A DNA stretch of 64,000 bases, from the NCBI GenBank assembly GCA_035450225.1, contig DAOTMJ010000004.1, forward strand, positions 12,494 through 76,493. The letters run 5' to 3'. The notes under the pieces are model-generated. The model did not search any database, was not told where the DNA came from, and saw nothing but the letters and a program-made list of their open reading frames with translations. This document shows, in pieces, positions 36,864 through 46,992 of the stretch. Origin of the DNA: Candidatus Hydrogenedentota bacterium. GTDB lineage: Bacteria; Hydrogenedentota; Hydrogenedentia; Hydrogenedentales; SLHB01. The position numbers and the translations under genes are program-made. The first letter of the stretch is position 1. Each line of letters starts with the position of its first letter.

Positions 36864-37022
36864 ATGAAGACGGACCCGATCTGGAACGAAATCCACCAAA
36901 TGAAAAAACTGATTGCCCGAGAAGTAGGCAAGGACGCAGGCAAGCTGTGCGCGCTCTTGCGTGAATCGGCCAAACAACATCCCGAACGCATGGTGAATCC
37001 GTTGTTGCAGGAAGCCAAGTGA
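36864..37022 (+). CDS. Small hypothetical protein (52 aa), not in the ORF track
   Basis: My own translation: MKTDPIWNEIHQMKKLIAREVGKDAGKLCALLRESAKQHPERMVNPLLQEAK*. The composition is helical and protein-like. It lies in the gap between the GT4 gene and the second WecA gene on the same strand. Confidence 0.35.
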   Translation: MKTDPIWNEIHQMKKLIAREVGKDAGKLCALLRESAKQHPERMVNPLLQEAK

Positions 37023-37125
37023 AACGTTCGCCGCGCCAAGCGTGGAAATGGTTGAAATAAAGGCCGTTTAAATTTCCGGATTCGCGCATCGGAAGATTGG
37101 ATCTTTCGCCCGCTGAGTGTTGAGT

Positions 37126-38217
37126 ATGTCTGAAAACTGGTATCTGATATTCGCGTTTTTGCTGGCGATGACGTTTGCGACGTCGCTGCTGCTGACGGAG
37201 CTGGTGCGGCGGCTTGCGTTGAAATGGCGGTTCATGGACCATCCCGGCGAGCGCAAGATGCACGAATCGCCGATCCCGTTGATGGGCGGGGTGGCCATCT
37301 TCACGACATTCTACGCATGGCTTCTCGTCAGTTTTCTGGCGCCCCGGCTGTTTCTTGAATTCGGTTCGGAATGGTGGGCGGAGCGCTTTCTGGCCGGGCT
37401 GGGCGAAAACGCGGGCGCGAAACTGACCGGCATTTTGGCGGGCGGGGCGCTGATTTTCTTGTTGGGGGTGGTGGACGATCTGAAGGTGCTGACGCCGGAA
37501 GTGAAACTGGCGGGCCAGATTGCCGCCGCGCTCGTGCTGGTTCTTTCGGGCATGCGGATCGAGTTGTTCGTGTTGTCGAGTCCCTGGATCGGCGGCGCCG
37601 TCACGGTACTGTGGATTGTGGGGCTTACCAACTCGCTGAATTTTCTCGACAACATGGACGGACTGGCCGGGGGCATATCGGTCATCGCGGCCTGTTCTTT
37701 CTTTCTTGCCGTTCAGGCGCACGAGCAGTACTTGGTGCGGCTGGTCCTGATTATTTTCATGGGCGCGGTGGCGGGATTTCTCTATCACAACCTGAATCCG
37801 GCGCGGATTTTCATGGGCGACGCCGGCGCGATGTTTTGCGGCTACATCCTCGCGACAGTGGCCATCATGGGCACGTTTCACACGGAGCAGACGCCATCGC
37901 GCGTGGCCGTGGCCGCCCCGTTGCTGGCGCTGAGCGTGCCGATATTCGACACGATGAGCGTCGTGTATATCCGGTGGCGCAAGGGCGAATCCATCATGAA
38001 AGGCGACAAGCGCCATTTTTCGCACCGGCTGGTGCGGCTGGGCATGTCGCAGCGGCAGGCGGTCGAGTTCATCTATCTGGTCGCCGGCGTGACGGGACTT
38101 GGCGCGGCATTGCTTCCGAAAGTCGGGCTGGGCGGAACGATCATCGTGCTTGCGCAGACCGTCGGCGCGTTTCTGCTCATTGTGCTGTTGATGAATGCAG
38201 GACGCAAAAACGGGTAA
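37126..38217 (+). CDS. Polyprenyl-phosphate N-acetylhexosamine-1-phosphate transferase (WecA/MraY family), copy 2
   Basis: A multi-TM protein with NSLNFLDNMDGLAGG and FMGDAGA. I prefer ATG 37126 (MSENWYLIF...); the track start is GTG 37117. Confidence 0.85.
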   Translation: MSENWYLIFAFLLAMTFATSLLLTELVRRLALKWRFMDHPGERKMHESPIPLMGGVAIFTTFYAWLLVSFLAPRLFLEFGSEWWAERFLAGLGENAGAKLTGILAGGALIFLLGVVDDLKVLTPEVKLAGQIAAALVLVLSGMRIELFVLSSPWIGGAVTVLWIVGLTNSLNFLDNMDGLAGGISVIAACSFFLAVQAHEQYLVRLVLIIFMGAVAGFLYHNLNPARIFMGDAGAMFCGYILATVAIMGTFHTEQTPSRVAVAAPLLALSVPIFDTMSVVYIRWRKGESIMKGDKRHFSHRLVRLGMSQRQAVEFIYLVAGVTGLGAALLPKVGLGGTIIVLAQTVGAFLLIVLLMNAGRKNG

Positions 38218-38263
38218 ACTACACGCGTTTTCGGCGGCAAAACCGGCAGGCAAAGGCGTTGGC

Positions 38264-40951
38264 ATGGCAAAAAACGACAAGATCCGTCCCGTGGCATCCC
38301 GCATTTCCGAACCCGCGGGACAATCCGCGGATCTCCCCTGGTGGCGCGCGGCGATGCGCGAACCCATCGCGTTGGGGCTCGGCGCGCTGATCGTCGTGCG
38401 GCCTTGGCTGGACGGCATTACATACCCCACGGACAATTTTTATTTCGTGTGGGGTATTTTGCTGTTGTTCACGCTGTGGGCCTCGCAAGTTCTGCTGCGC
38501 GGGACGCCCATCCGTTTCGGCATCCCCATTTTGCTGTTGTCGGGATTCTGGCTTGTCGCGGCCGCGACCGCCTGGACCACGATCCAGTTCGACGCCACGT
38601 ACCGCGCCCTGATTGTGTGGGGCGGCCATCTGTGCCTTTTCATGCTGGCATGCAACGCGCTGCGGACGCGCATCGCCGTAGGCATTGTCCTGACGGCGTT
38701 CGTGGCGAGTTCCATCGCCGAAACCGTCTGGAGCCTCGTCCATTTCCATTATGTGCTGCCCTACGTCCGTGAATCCGTCATGCGGACGCCCGCGCTCCTG
38801 AAACAGTATTTCGGCACGACGAATCTCAGCCCCGAATTGGTTCACCGCCTTGAAGTCAATCGCGCGTTCGGTTCGCTGTTGTTTCCAAACGCCCTCGCGG
38901 CCCTGCTCGTCATCGGCATTCCCTACGCGTTCGCGGGCAGCATCCACGGCGCGACACGCCTTTTGCGCGAATTGCGGTCGGCGCGCCAGACCCCGCGCGG
39001 GCCGCGGGCGTCCTCGCTATCCGTGCTGCTGGTTTCGGGTCTCATGTGGATGGGCGTGACGGCCATCGCCTATTTTCTGTTTTCCTTTATCGCGACCTTT
39101 GAGATTGCAACCCATCCGGGCGTCCAGCGCATCACGTTTCTTCCGCTGGTGTACGACCCCGGCTCTGGATACGGTTTTGATAGGCCGGTCTACATCGCCC
39201 TATGGATATTGTTCGTGGCCATTCCGCCGTTGATCGCGGCGGGCGCCGCCGCGCGCATCGTTCAGCGTTACGGCATCGGGATGCTCGGCCGCGCCATTGC
39301 CGTCTGGACGCTTCCGCCCTGGTTTCTCCTGCAACTTGCGGCGCTTTGGCTGACGTATTCCCGCGGCGGCCTCATGGCGTTGTTCGCGGCCTCCGTGACC
39401 AGCGCCGTTTTGTATTATTACGGCAAGAACAAACCGTTCGTCCCCCGAGCCGCGGCCATGGCCGCGGCGCTCATTCTGGTGTGCGCCGCCCTGTTTTCGG
39501 CATGGCATGCCCACGCGGAACAACCCGCCATGGAGCAAGCGCAGGCGGCCGATCCCGGGGCCGCCCAGCCGTCTCCGCCGCCGATTCGCAAGGAAGGCGT
39601 GGATTTGACCATGAAAGACTTGGCTAATCCCGCCTCTTTCAAACTACGGTTGGGTTACTGGAAAACGGGCCTGCGCATGGCGATCGACAATCCCGTGATC
39701 GGCGTCGGGCTCGGCTGCTTCGGATTTGCCTACCCGCGCTACCAGCAGGTGGGCATCGGTGACGTCAAGGCCGCACACAACGATTATCTCCAGATACTCT
39801 GTGAAACCGGACTGTTGGGCTTTCTTGCGTTCTGCGGGTTCTGGGCATGGTTCATCTGGGCCGGCGCTCGGCGCATCCTGCGGGAAAACGACGCCATGAA
39901 ACGCGCGACGCTTGCGGGACTGTATGCCGGCCTGCTCGCGTTTCTCATCCATGCACTCGTGGATTTCCCGTTTTACAATCCCGCGCTGGCCTTTTTCGCT
40001 TTCTTGTTGGCGGGTTTGTTTCTGGCGCTTTCGGATCATGCGGTCGAGGGCCATACGGCCGGGATTCGAACCGGGCGCGTGCAGGTGCTGGCCCTGCCGG
40101 TTCTGGCGGTGGCGGCTTTGCTCGCCGGCATGGCGGCCCGCGCCTATCTCTGCGACTACAACATCGGTGAACGCCGTTTGGTCAACGTCAGCAACCACCG
40201 GATGTTGACACGGCTGTTCGACATAACGCTCTTCTTCGTCAAGGAAGCCAGCGCGCCGCAGCCGGAAGGCCGATTGCCCGCGAAGGAAATCATCGCGGTC
40301 GCTTCCCTGATCCCGGACCGCGCCATGCTCGAATCGTTCGGCACAATCCGGATACCCGCACCGGAAGCGCCGGGAGGCCATCGCGCGCTCGCTCCGGGCG
40401 AACCCGTGCCGGAAAACGCCTTTTTCGTGGTTACGAAGCCGGCCGAGGCCAAGCAGCGCGCGCTCGATCATATCGAACTCGCCTTGGCCCGCATCGAGGA
40501 AATGGACGCCATTTTCCCGCACAACCCGGATATTGCCACCTTTATGGTCCAGTGCTATGATGTGCTGGCGGAAAACGTTTACCGGCCCGATCGCAAGCAA
40601 CGGTATACACTGGAAATGCTGAAATGGGCCCGGGAAGGCGTGCGGCGTTCCCCGTGGCAGCCGCTGTTTCACGAATGGCTGGCCAAGGCCTATTGGCTTC
40701 GTGCGGGGCTAGAGGCGGCTTCGGCCCGGCGTCCCTATTATGAAAAAGGCCTGGCGGAATACAAAACGGCCACGGAGTGCTACCCGATTTCGGCGTCGTC
40801 GTGGCGCAAGTACGGCGAGGCGCTAATCCGTTTCGGCGAAGCGCTTCAAAACGGCATTGACGCCGCCGAGGGCGAAAGCTATATTGCCAAGGGACGCCAG
40901 ACGCTTGAAAAGGCCGGGGAACTCGAACGGGCCATCGCCTCGATGCGATGA
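38264..40951 (+). CDS. O-antigen-ligase-like (Wzy_C) polytopic membrane protein fused to a C-terminal TPR/helical-repeat domain
   Basis: More than 10 TM helices. The Wzy_C signature [16 protein letters not shown] sits ahead of a large periplasmic loop with [15 protein letters not shown]. The roughly 280-aa soluble C-terminus is repeat-like. I chose ATG 38264 to avoid overlap with the upstream gene. Confidence 0.75.
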   Translation: MAKNDKIRPVASRISEPAGQSADLPWWRAAMREPIALGLGALIVVRPWLDGITYPTDNFYFVWGILLLFTLWASQVLLRGTPIRFGIPILLLSGFWLVAAATAWTTIQFDATYRALIVWGGHLCLFMLACNALRTRIAVGIVLTAFVASSIAETVWSLVHFHYVLPYVRESVMRTPALLKQYFGTTNLSPELVHRLEVNRAFGSLLFPNALAALLVIGIPYAFAGSIHGATRLLRELRSARQTPRGPRASSLSVLLVSGLMWMGVTAIAYFLFSFIATFEIATHPGVQRITFLPLVYDPGSGYGFDRPVYIALWILFVAIPPLIAAGAAARIVQRYGIGMLGRAIAVWTLPPWFLLQLAALWLTYSRGGLMALFAASVTSAVLYYYGKNKPFVPRAAAMAAALILVCAALFSAWHAHAEQPAMEQAQAADPGAAQPSPPPIRKEGVDLTMKDLANPASFKLRLGYWKTGLRMAIDNPVIGVGLGCFGFAYPRYQQVGIGDVKAAHNDYLQILCETGLLGFLAFCGFWAWFIWAGARRILRENDAMKRATLAGLYAGLLAFLIHALVDFPFYNPALAFFAFLLAGLFLALSDHAVEGHTAGIRTGRVQVLALPVLAVAALLAGMAARAYLCDYNIGERRLVNVSNHRMLTRLFDITLFFVKEASAPQPEGRLPAKEIIAVASLIPDRAMLESFGTIRIPAPEAPGGHRALAPGEPVPENAFFVVTKPAEAKQRALDHIELALARIEEMDAIFPHNPDIATFMVQCYDVLAENVYRPDRKQRYTLEMLKWAREGVRRSPWQPLFHEWLAKAYWLRAGLEAASARRPYYEKGLAEYKTATECYPISASSWRKYGEALIRFGEALQNGIDAAEGESYIAKGRQTLEKAGELERAIASMR

Positions 40952-40961
40952 GGAGATTACG

Positions 40962-41396
40962 ATGAATGTATTGGTGGTGCACGGACCGAATCTGAACCTG
41001 TTGGGATCGCGCGAGCCGGAAGTCTACGGGCGCGTGACGCTTGACGCGATCAACGCCATGCTCGAGGCGGAAGGCCGAAAACTCGGCGTCGAAGTGCGCG
41101 CGTTTCAATCCAACATCGAAGGTGAACTCGTGAACGCCATACAGGATGCGCGCGGGTGGGCCGATGCAATCATCATCAATCCCGCCGCCTACACCCACAC
41201 AAGCGTTGCCCTTCGAGACGCCATCGCCGCCGTTGGCATTCCCGCCATCGAGGTCCATCTTTCCAACGTCAACGCGCGCGAGGCCTTCCGGCATCACTCG
41301 TACATCGCGCCCGTTGCCGCCGGCACAATCTGCGGATTCGGCGCCGAGGGATACCGTCTCGCCCTGATTGCCGCCACGACGCTGGCCAAACGCTGA
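40962..41396 (+). CDS. aroQ: Type II 3-dehydroquinate dehydratase
   Basis: [21 protein letters not shown]...[11 protein letters not shown]......[18 protein letters not shown]...IEVHLSN...RE.FRHHS. AGGAG lies 6 nt upstream of the ATG. Confidence 0.92.
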   Translation: MNVLVVHGPNLNLLGSREPEVYGRVTLDAINAMLEAEGRKLGVEVRAFQSNIEGELVNAIQDARGWADAIIINPAAYTHTSVALRDAIAAVGIPAIEVHLSNVNAREAFRHHSYIAPVAAGTICGFGAEGYRLALIAATTLAKR

Positions 41397-41408
41397 TCGG
41401 GACCGGTC

Positions 41409-41798
41409 ATGGATCTTCGCCGGCTTGCGCCCGCCGAACGATTGAGAAGCCTCGGCTATGCGCTTCGCGGGATCGCACATGTTTTTCATACCCAGCCGAA
41501 CGCATGGATCATGGCAATGGCCGCCGCCGTCGTTTTCATGGCGGGCATCTTTTTCCACGTGGACCGTATCGAATGGGCGCTGCTCGCGTCGGCGGTCTTT
41601 CTGGTGCTTGTCGCCGAAACGATCAACACCGCCATCGAACATCTGACCGACCTTGCCTCGCCCGAACGCCATCCCCTGGCCGGCCACGCCAAAGACGCCG
41701 CCGCCGGGGCTGTTTTGCTCGCCGTGATTTTTTCCGTTTTGATCGCGGCGATCGTATTCGGAACCCGGTTTGCAGGGATCGTCCGGCATTTGTTATAG
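41409..41798 (+). CDS. dgkA: Diacylglycerol kinase / undecaprenol kinase (DgkA family)
   Basis: 129 aa and 3 TM helices, with VAETINTAIEHLTD and AKDAAAGAVL motifs. Confidence 0.85.
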   Translation: MDLRRLAPAERLRSLGYALRGIAHVFHTQPNAWIMAMAAAVVFMAGIFFHVDRIEWALLASAVFLVLVAETINTAIEHLTDLASPERHPLAGHAKDAAAGAVLLAVIFSVLIAAIVFGTRFAGIVRHLL

Positions 41799-41876
41799 TA
41801 TTTCCCGCTTGCGAGGGCTGCTTCCGCAAAGTGGAAGGGCATGCCCTGTCCCTTGACCAACGGGTGGTGTTGAATT

Positions 41877-42332
41877 GTGTTTGAACGGACCTTTGTGATG
41901 ATCAAGCCGGACGGCGTGGGCCGCCGGTTGTGCGGAGACATCATCCGCCGCTACGAATCCAAAGGGTTGCGTTTGGCCGGATTGAAAATGCGGATTTTGA
42001 CCCGCGAGGACGCGGAACGGCTTTACGCCGCGCACGCGGATCGCCCTTTTTTTGCGGGGTTGATCGATTTTATGATTTCCGGTCCGACTATCCAGATGGT
42101 CTGGGAAGGCCCGAACGCCGTGAAGATGGCGCGATCCATCAATGGCGCCACCGATTGCCAAGAGGCGGCTCCCGGCACCATCCGGGGCGATTACGGCGTC
42201 AACACGCGCAAGAATCTCGTGCATGCATCGGACTCGGTCGAGACCGCGCGGCGCGAAATGGCATTGTATTTTACGGACAGCGAATTGTGGAATTATTCGA
42301 TGCCCGATGGACACTGGCTGGCCGAGCTCTAA
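41877..42332 (+). CDS. ndk: Nucleoside diphosphate kinase
   Basis: ERTFVMIKPDGV...GPTIQMVWEG.NAV...R...GATD...A.PGTIRGDYG....KNLVHASDS. GTG start. Confidence 0.92.
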   Translation: MFERTFVMIKPDGVGRRLCGDIIRRYESKGLRLAGLKMRILTREDAERLYAAHADRPFFAGLIDFMISGPTIQMVWEGPNAVKMARSINGATDCQEAAPGTIRGDYGVNTRKNLVHASDSVETARREMALYFTDSELWNYSMPDGHWLAEL

Positions 42333-42363
42333 CCGGCTCGCGGCACAATAAGGAGAACGATGC

Positions 42364-42453
42364 ATGGCAGGTGGACGAAAGGTCCGGCGCGCTAAAATCG
42401 CGAAGCACAAGAGGAAGAAGAAGCGGCGCGCCAATCGTCACAAGAACAAGTAG
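42364..42453 (+). CDS. 29-aa hyper-basic peptide, candidate bS22 / AURKAIP1-COX24-like small ribosomal protein (not in the ORF track)
   Basis: My own translation: MAGGRKVRRAKIAKHKRKKKRRANRHKNK*. AGGAGA lies 8 nt upstream of the ATG. The RR.K..KHKRKK..R.NRHK pattern matches my memory of bacterial bS22-type peptides. Confidence 0.55.
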   Translation: MAGGRKVRRAKIAKHKRKKKRRANRHKNK

Positions 42454-42591
42454 GCAGACGGCATGGCCGCCTGCGCGGACGTTCCCCGTGCGGAACGCTA
42501 CCGCGGCGCGAAGATACGAGCCGGTCCCGGCCGCACGGGACCGGCTCTTTATGGCCAGAAAAAGGGCGGAAACAGACAGGGAGACACACCC

Positions 42592-43050
42592 ATGCCGGAT
42601 GACAACGGCCCCAAAATCATCATTGACGAGGACTGGAAAGCCCGCGCCCAGCGCGAAAAGGAAGAGGCTTCCCGGAAGGCAGCGGAACAAACCGGAGAAT
42701 CCGTCGGCGAACAGAAAGCCGAGCCCGATCCCGTGTCGTTTCCGGGATTGGTCAATATGTTTTCCATGCAGGGCTTGATTGCCCTGGGCATCCTTGTCCC
42801 GCGAGACGCCAAGGAAGTCATGGTCGATCTCGACGAAGCCAAATACATCATTGATATGCTGATGATGCTGCGCGACAAAACGAAGGGCAATCTGACGCCG
42901 GAAGAGCAGGGTTTGCTGACGGAAAGCCTAGCCCAGTTGCAGCAGGCCTATGTGTTGCGCGCGCAGCAACTACAGGAATCCGCGATGCGCGAGGCGGGCT
43001 TCGGCGGCCAGCCCATGGGCGGATCGGGATTCGCTCCCGTTTCCATGTGA
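42592..43050 (+). CDS. DUF1844 domain protein
   Basis: FPGLVNMFSMQGLIALG...VDLDEAKYIIDMLMMLRDKTKGNLTPEE..LL...L..LQ..Y is the remembered DUF1844 pattern. I chose ATG 42592 (GGGAGA upstream) rather than the track start 42463. Confidence 0.7.
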   Translation: MPDDNGPKIIIDEDWKARAQREKEEASRKAAEQTGESVGEQKAEPDPVSFPGLVNMFSMQGLIALGILVPRDAKEVMVDLDEAKYIIDMLMMLRDKTKGNLTPEEQGLLTESLAQLQQAYVLRAQQLQESAMREAGFGGQPMGGSGFAPVSM

Positions 43051-43056
43051 GGATAA

Positions 43057-44349
<1,293 letters not shown>

Positions 44350-44365
44350 CGCAACCTGTCGCGCA

Positions 44366-45664
44366 TTGGCCACGGGAAGAGAACAGTACAGCTCATGGTT
44401 TCCGCTGTGCGCGGTGTTGCTGCTCCTTGCCGGTTGTTTTTCCGCCCCGCCGCCCCTCCCGCCTCATGAGGCCCTTGCAAGGACTGCCCAGCGCATTCAA
44501 CAAATCCTCGATGAGGAACGAAAACTCCTCTCCGATCCGGTGCGTTTTCCGGAAAGCGCCGCGAATCCCCATGAGACCGCTTTCTGGTACTGTTCGCATC
44601 CCCTGATATCGCATGCGCTTCTGGCGCATCCCGAACGGGTCGCGGCTTTCCGCTCCGCGCATCCGGCCTGTAAATTCGACCTCCAGTATATTGGCGACTG
44701 GTCTGTGGCGATCCAAAAATTGACCGTGGCGATTGCGGCCGGCGACGTGCCCGACGTGGCGCTGGTGAAACGCGGATGGTTCGCACGGTTGGCCGACAGC
44801 GGCTGGGCGGCCCCACTCGACGATCTCTTGCCGCGTGAATTGATCGACGATTTCCGACCCGTCGCGATCGATTCGCTCAAACGCAATGGGCGCCTGTATG
44901 CCCTTCCAGCCGATGGTTTCTGCTCCGTGCTCTTTTACAACAAAGAGAAACTCGGCCCGCCTTGCCCGCCATCCACTCCCGGCCACCAGCCCCCACCCAT
45001 CACCCCGTCCACTTGGAACGATCTCCGCCAGCGGGCCCGCGAACTTTCAAAGCCCGGTGAAGATCCTCAAAAGACGGTCTACGCTCTCGGCCATCTTCCG
45101 TATCTTGAAACGATCTGGTCGGCCGGCGGCGATATCTGCGACGAGACCCGGTGTCTCCTGGATTCGGAGGCCGCGCGCGAATCGCTCGATTTTCTCCTCT
45201 CATTGCGGACGGACGGTCTTGCCCACCCCCGCGTCCTTGCCGATTGCGGCGGCGCGTTGGCCCTCTTTCTCTCCGGACGCCTCGCCATGACCGTCGCCGG
45301 CAGCGAATACATGCCTCAAATCCGCAACGCCCAGTTTCCCATCGGCATCGCGCCCGTTCCCGGCAAGAACGGCCCGGTCTCCCGGCAAAGCGACGATGTC
45401 TTGGTCGTCTTTGCCAAACACGCCCACGCCAAACGCGCTGCGATCGCTTCCCTGCTTGATTTCCTCACCGGCCCTGCCGTTCAGGATCAAGAGGCGTTTC
45501 AGAACGGTTCCGCGCCCACACGAAAAAGTCTTATGAAAGATGCCCCGCTTCCCGAAGGAATTGACGCGGCCTATAATCTTTCCCGCAACACGCCCCTGGT
45601 TTCCGCATGGTCCGCCATCGCCTTCGAACTCGACGCCGGCCTTGGCCGATGCCTTGCCCCATGA
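44366..45664 (+). CDS. Extracellular solute-binding lipoprotein (ABC transporter SBP, family 1), orphan
   Basis: A lipobox LLLLAGC follows a short charged N-region, then SBP-like sequence (DVALVKRGW...LYALP...FYNKE...). There is no in-frame ATG after the purA stop, so I propose TTG 44366. The track ORF (44237) overlaps purA by 113 nt. Confidence 0.65.
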   Translation: MATGREQYSSWFPLCAVLLLLAGCFSAPPPLPPHEALARTAQRIQQILDEERKLLSDPVRFPESAANPHETAFWYCSHPLISHALLAHPERVAAFRSAHPACKFDLQYIGDWSVAIQKLTVAIAAGDVPDVALVKRGWFARLADSGWAAPLDDLLPRELIDDFRPVAIDSLKRNGRLYALPADGFCSVLFYNKEKLGPPCPPSTPGHQPPPITPSTWNDLRQRARELSKPGEDPQKTVYALGHLPYLETIWSAGGDICDETRCLLDSEAARESLDFLLSLRTDGLAHPRVLADCGGALALFLSGRLAMTVAGSEYMPQIRNAQFPIGIAPVPGKNGPVSRQSDDVLVVFAKHAHAKRAAIASLLDFLTGPAVQDQEAFQNGSAPTRKSLMKDAPLPEGIDAAYNLSRNTPLVSAWSAIAFELDAGLGRCLAP

Positions 45665-45786
45665 TCGCTTTTATTTCCGTGTGCGCCATACGGGCAGGCA
45701 TGGTATACTTGGATTTTCGGCCCGGCTGGAATGCGCGTGGCGACTCCCGGTGGTGTCGGGCAATCATGGGTTGCAAAGGAAGGCAC

Positions 45787-46971
45787 ATGAGAATCGCTGT
45801 TTGTTTGACGCTTGCCGCGGCGGCTTTTTCGGCATGGCCGCAGGCGGTGAATGATTTTCCGGCACGCGAGGATCCCCTGAACGTCCGCGCGGAACGCTTC
45901 GGCCAACTTGTCCGGGGCAACCACCTCAACGAGGGGATTGTTCTGCCGATGGTCGTGTTTCCGCCGGCGGGTTCCGCGTTACCGTCCGTCGGACGGCATG
46001 AAAATGCGGCGCTGGAAACGGGCCTTTACCTTGCCGCTCTTTCCCACGAATACGCCGTGACCCAGTCGCCGGAAACCCGCGCGCTTGCGGATCAGGTCAT
46101 GGACGGCATTCTGAAATTGGAAAAAGTGACCGGCCAGGACGGATGCGTCGCCCGAAGTTTCTATAAGGCGGAGGGTCCGTCTTGGCACGAGCGATGTTTT
46201 TTCATTCCGGCGGCGTGGCGCGACTCGGCGTCAATGGCCGGATACCGCTGGCTCGGCATGATGGGAACGGATCACCTGGCCGCATTGATCGCGGGCATCG
46301 AAACGTATTGGGATCTGTGCGCGGACAGTGCGCATCGGAAGATCGCCGCAGCTTTCGTGGACCGCGTGATGGGGCACTGCATCGAAAACAACATGCGCAT
46401 TGTCGAACCGAACGGCAAGACCAGCCTTTTCGGGAATGCCAGCCCCGATCTGCCACACGAGCCGGCCAAATCGCTCCATATCCTATCGAGCCTGAAAATT
46501 GCGCTCAAATTGACCGGCAAAGTCGCATACCATGCGGCGTACAACCGCCTGATTGTGCGCTATCGCTACGACGACGAAGTCATCCTTGCGCGCGATCTCG
46601 CGTCGAACGACACCTCCGGCGACCGGCCTGCCGCGCTCGCCCTGCAATCCCTGATACAGAATGAGGACAATTCCGGAATTCGCCCCAAGTATCTTGCCGG
46701 CCTAAACCGGTACTGGCACGTCTGGCGACAAGGCGGCGACCCGTTTTTCGCGATGGTGTACGAAAAAGTGGCCGGCGAGAAGACGATCGATGAGGCGCGC
46801 CTGAATGCGATCAAGGCGCTTTGGGACGCCGACCGGCAGCGTGGAACGTGGCGGATCGACACGCCGGAGGGCGTTCAGACCGTGGAGGCTGAAAGCGAGG
46901 AAAGCCCCGTGCCCTTTCTTCACGCTTACTGGTACGGACGGCATGCCGGCGTCATTGCGCCGGAATGGTAG
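45787..46971 (+). CDS. Secreted hypothetical protein (possibly alpha/alpha-toroid fold)
   Basis: Signal peptide MRIAVCLTLAAAAFSAWPQA. AAGGAAGG lies upstream of ATG 45787. I recognised no family motif. Confidence 0.5.
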   Translation: MRIAVCLTLAAAAFSAWPQAVNDFPAREDPLNVRAERFGQLVRGNHLNEGIVLPMVVFPPAGSALPSVGRHENAALETGLYLAALSHEYAVTQSPETRALADQVMDGILKLEKVTGQDGCVARSFYKAEGPSWHERCFFIPAAWRDSASMAGYRWLGMMGTDHLAALIAGIETYWDLCADSAHRKIAAAFVDRVMGHCIENNMRIVEPNGKTSLFGNASPDLPHEPAKSLHILSSLKIALKLTGKVAYHAAYNRLIVRYRYDDEVILARDLASNDTSGDRPAALALQSLIQNEDNSGIRPKYLAGLNRYWHVWRQGGDPFFAMVYEKVAGEKTIDEARLNAIKALWDADRQRGTWRIDTPEGVQTVEAESEESPVPFLHAYWYGRHAGVIAPEW

Positions 46972-46992
46972 CAACACGCAGGAGAACGAGCG

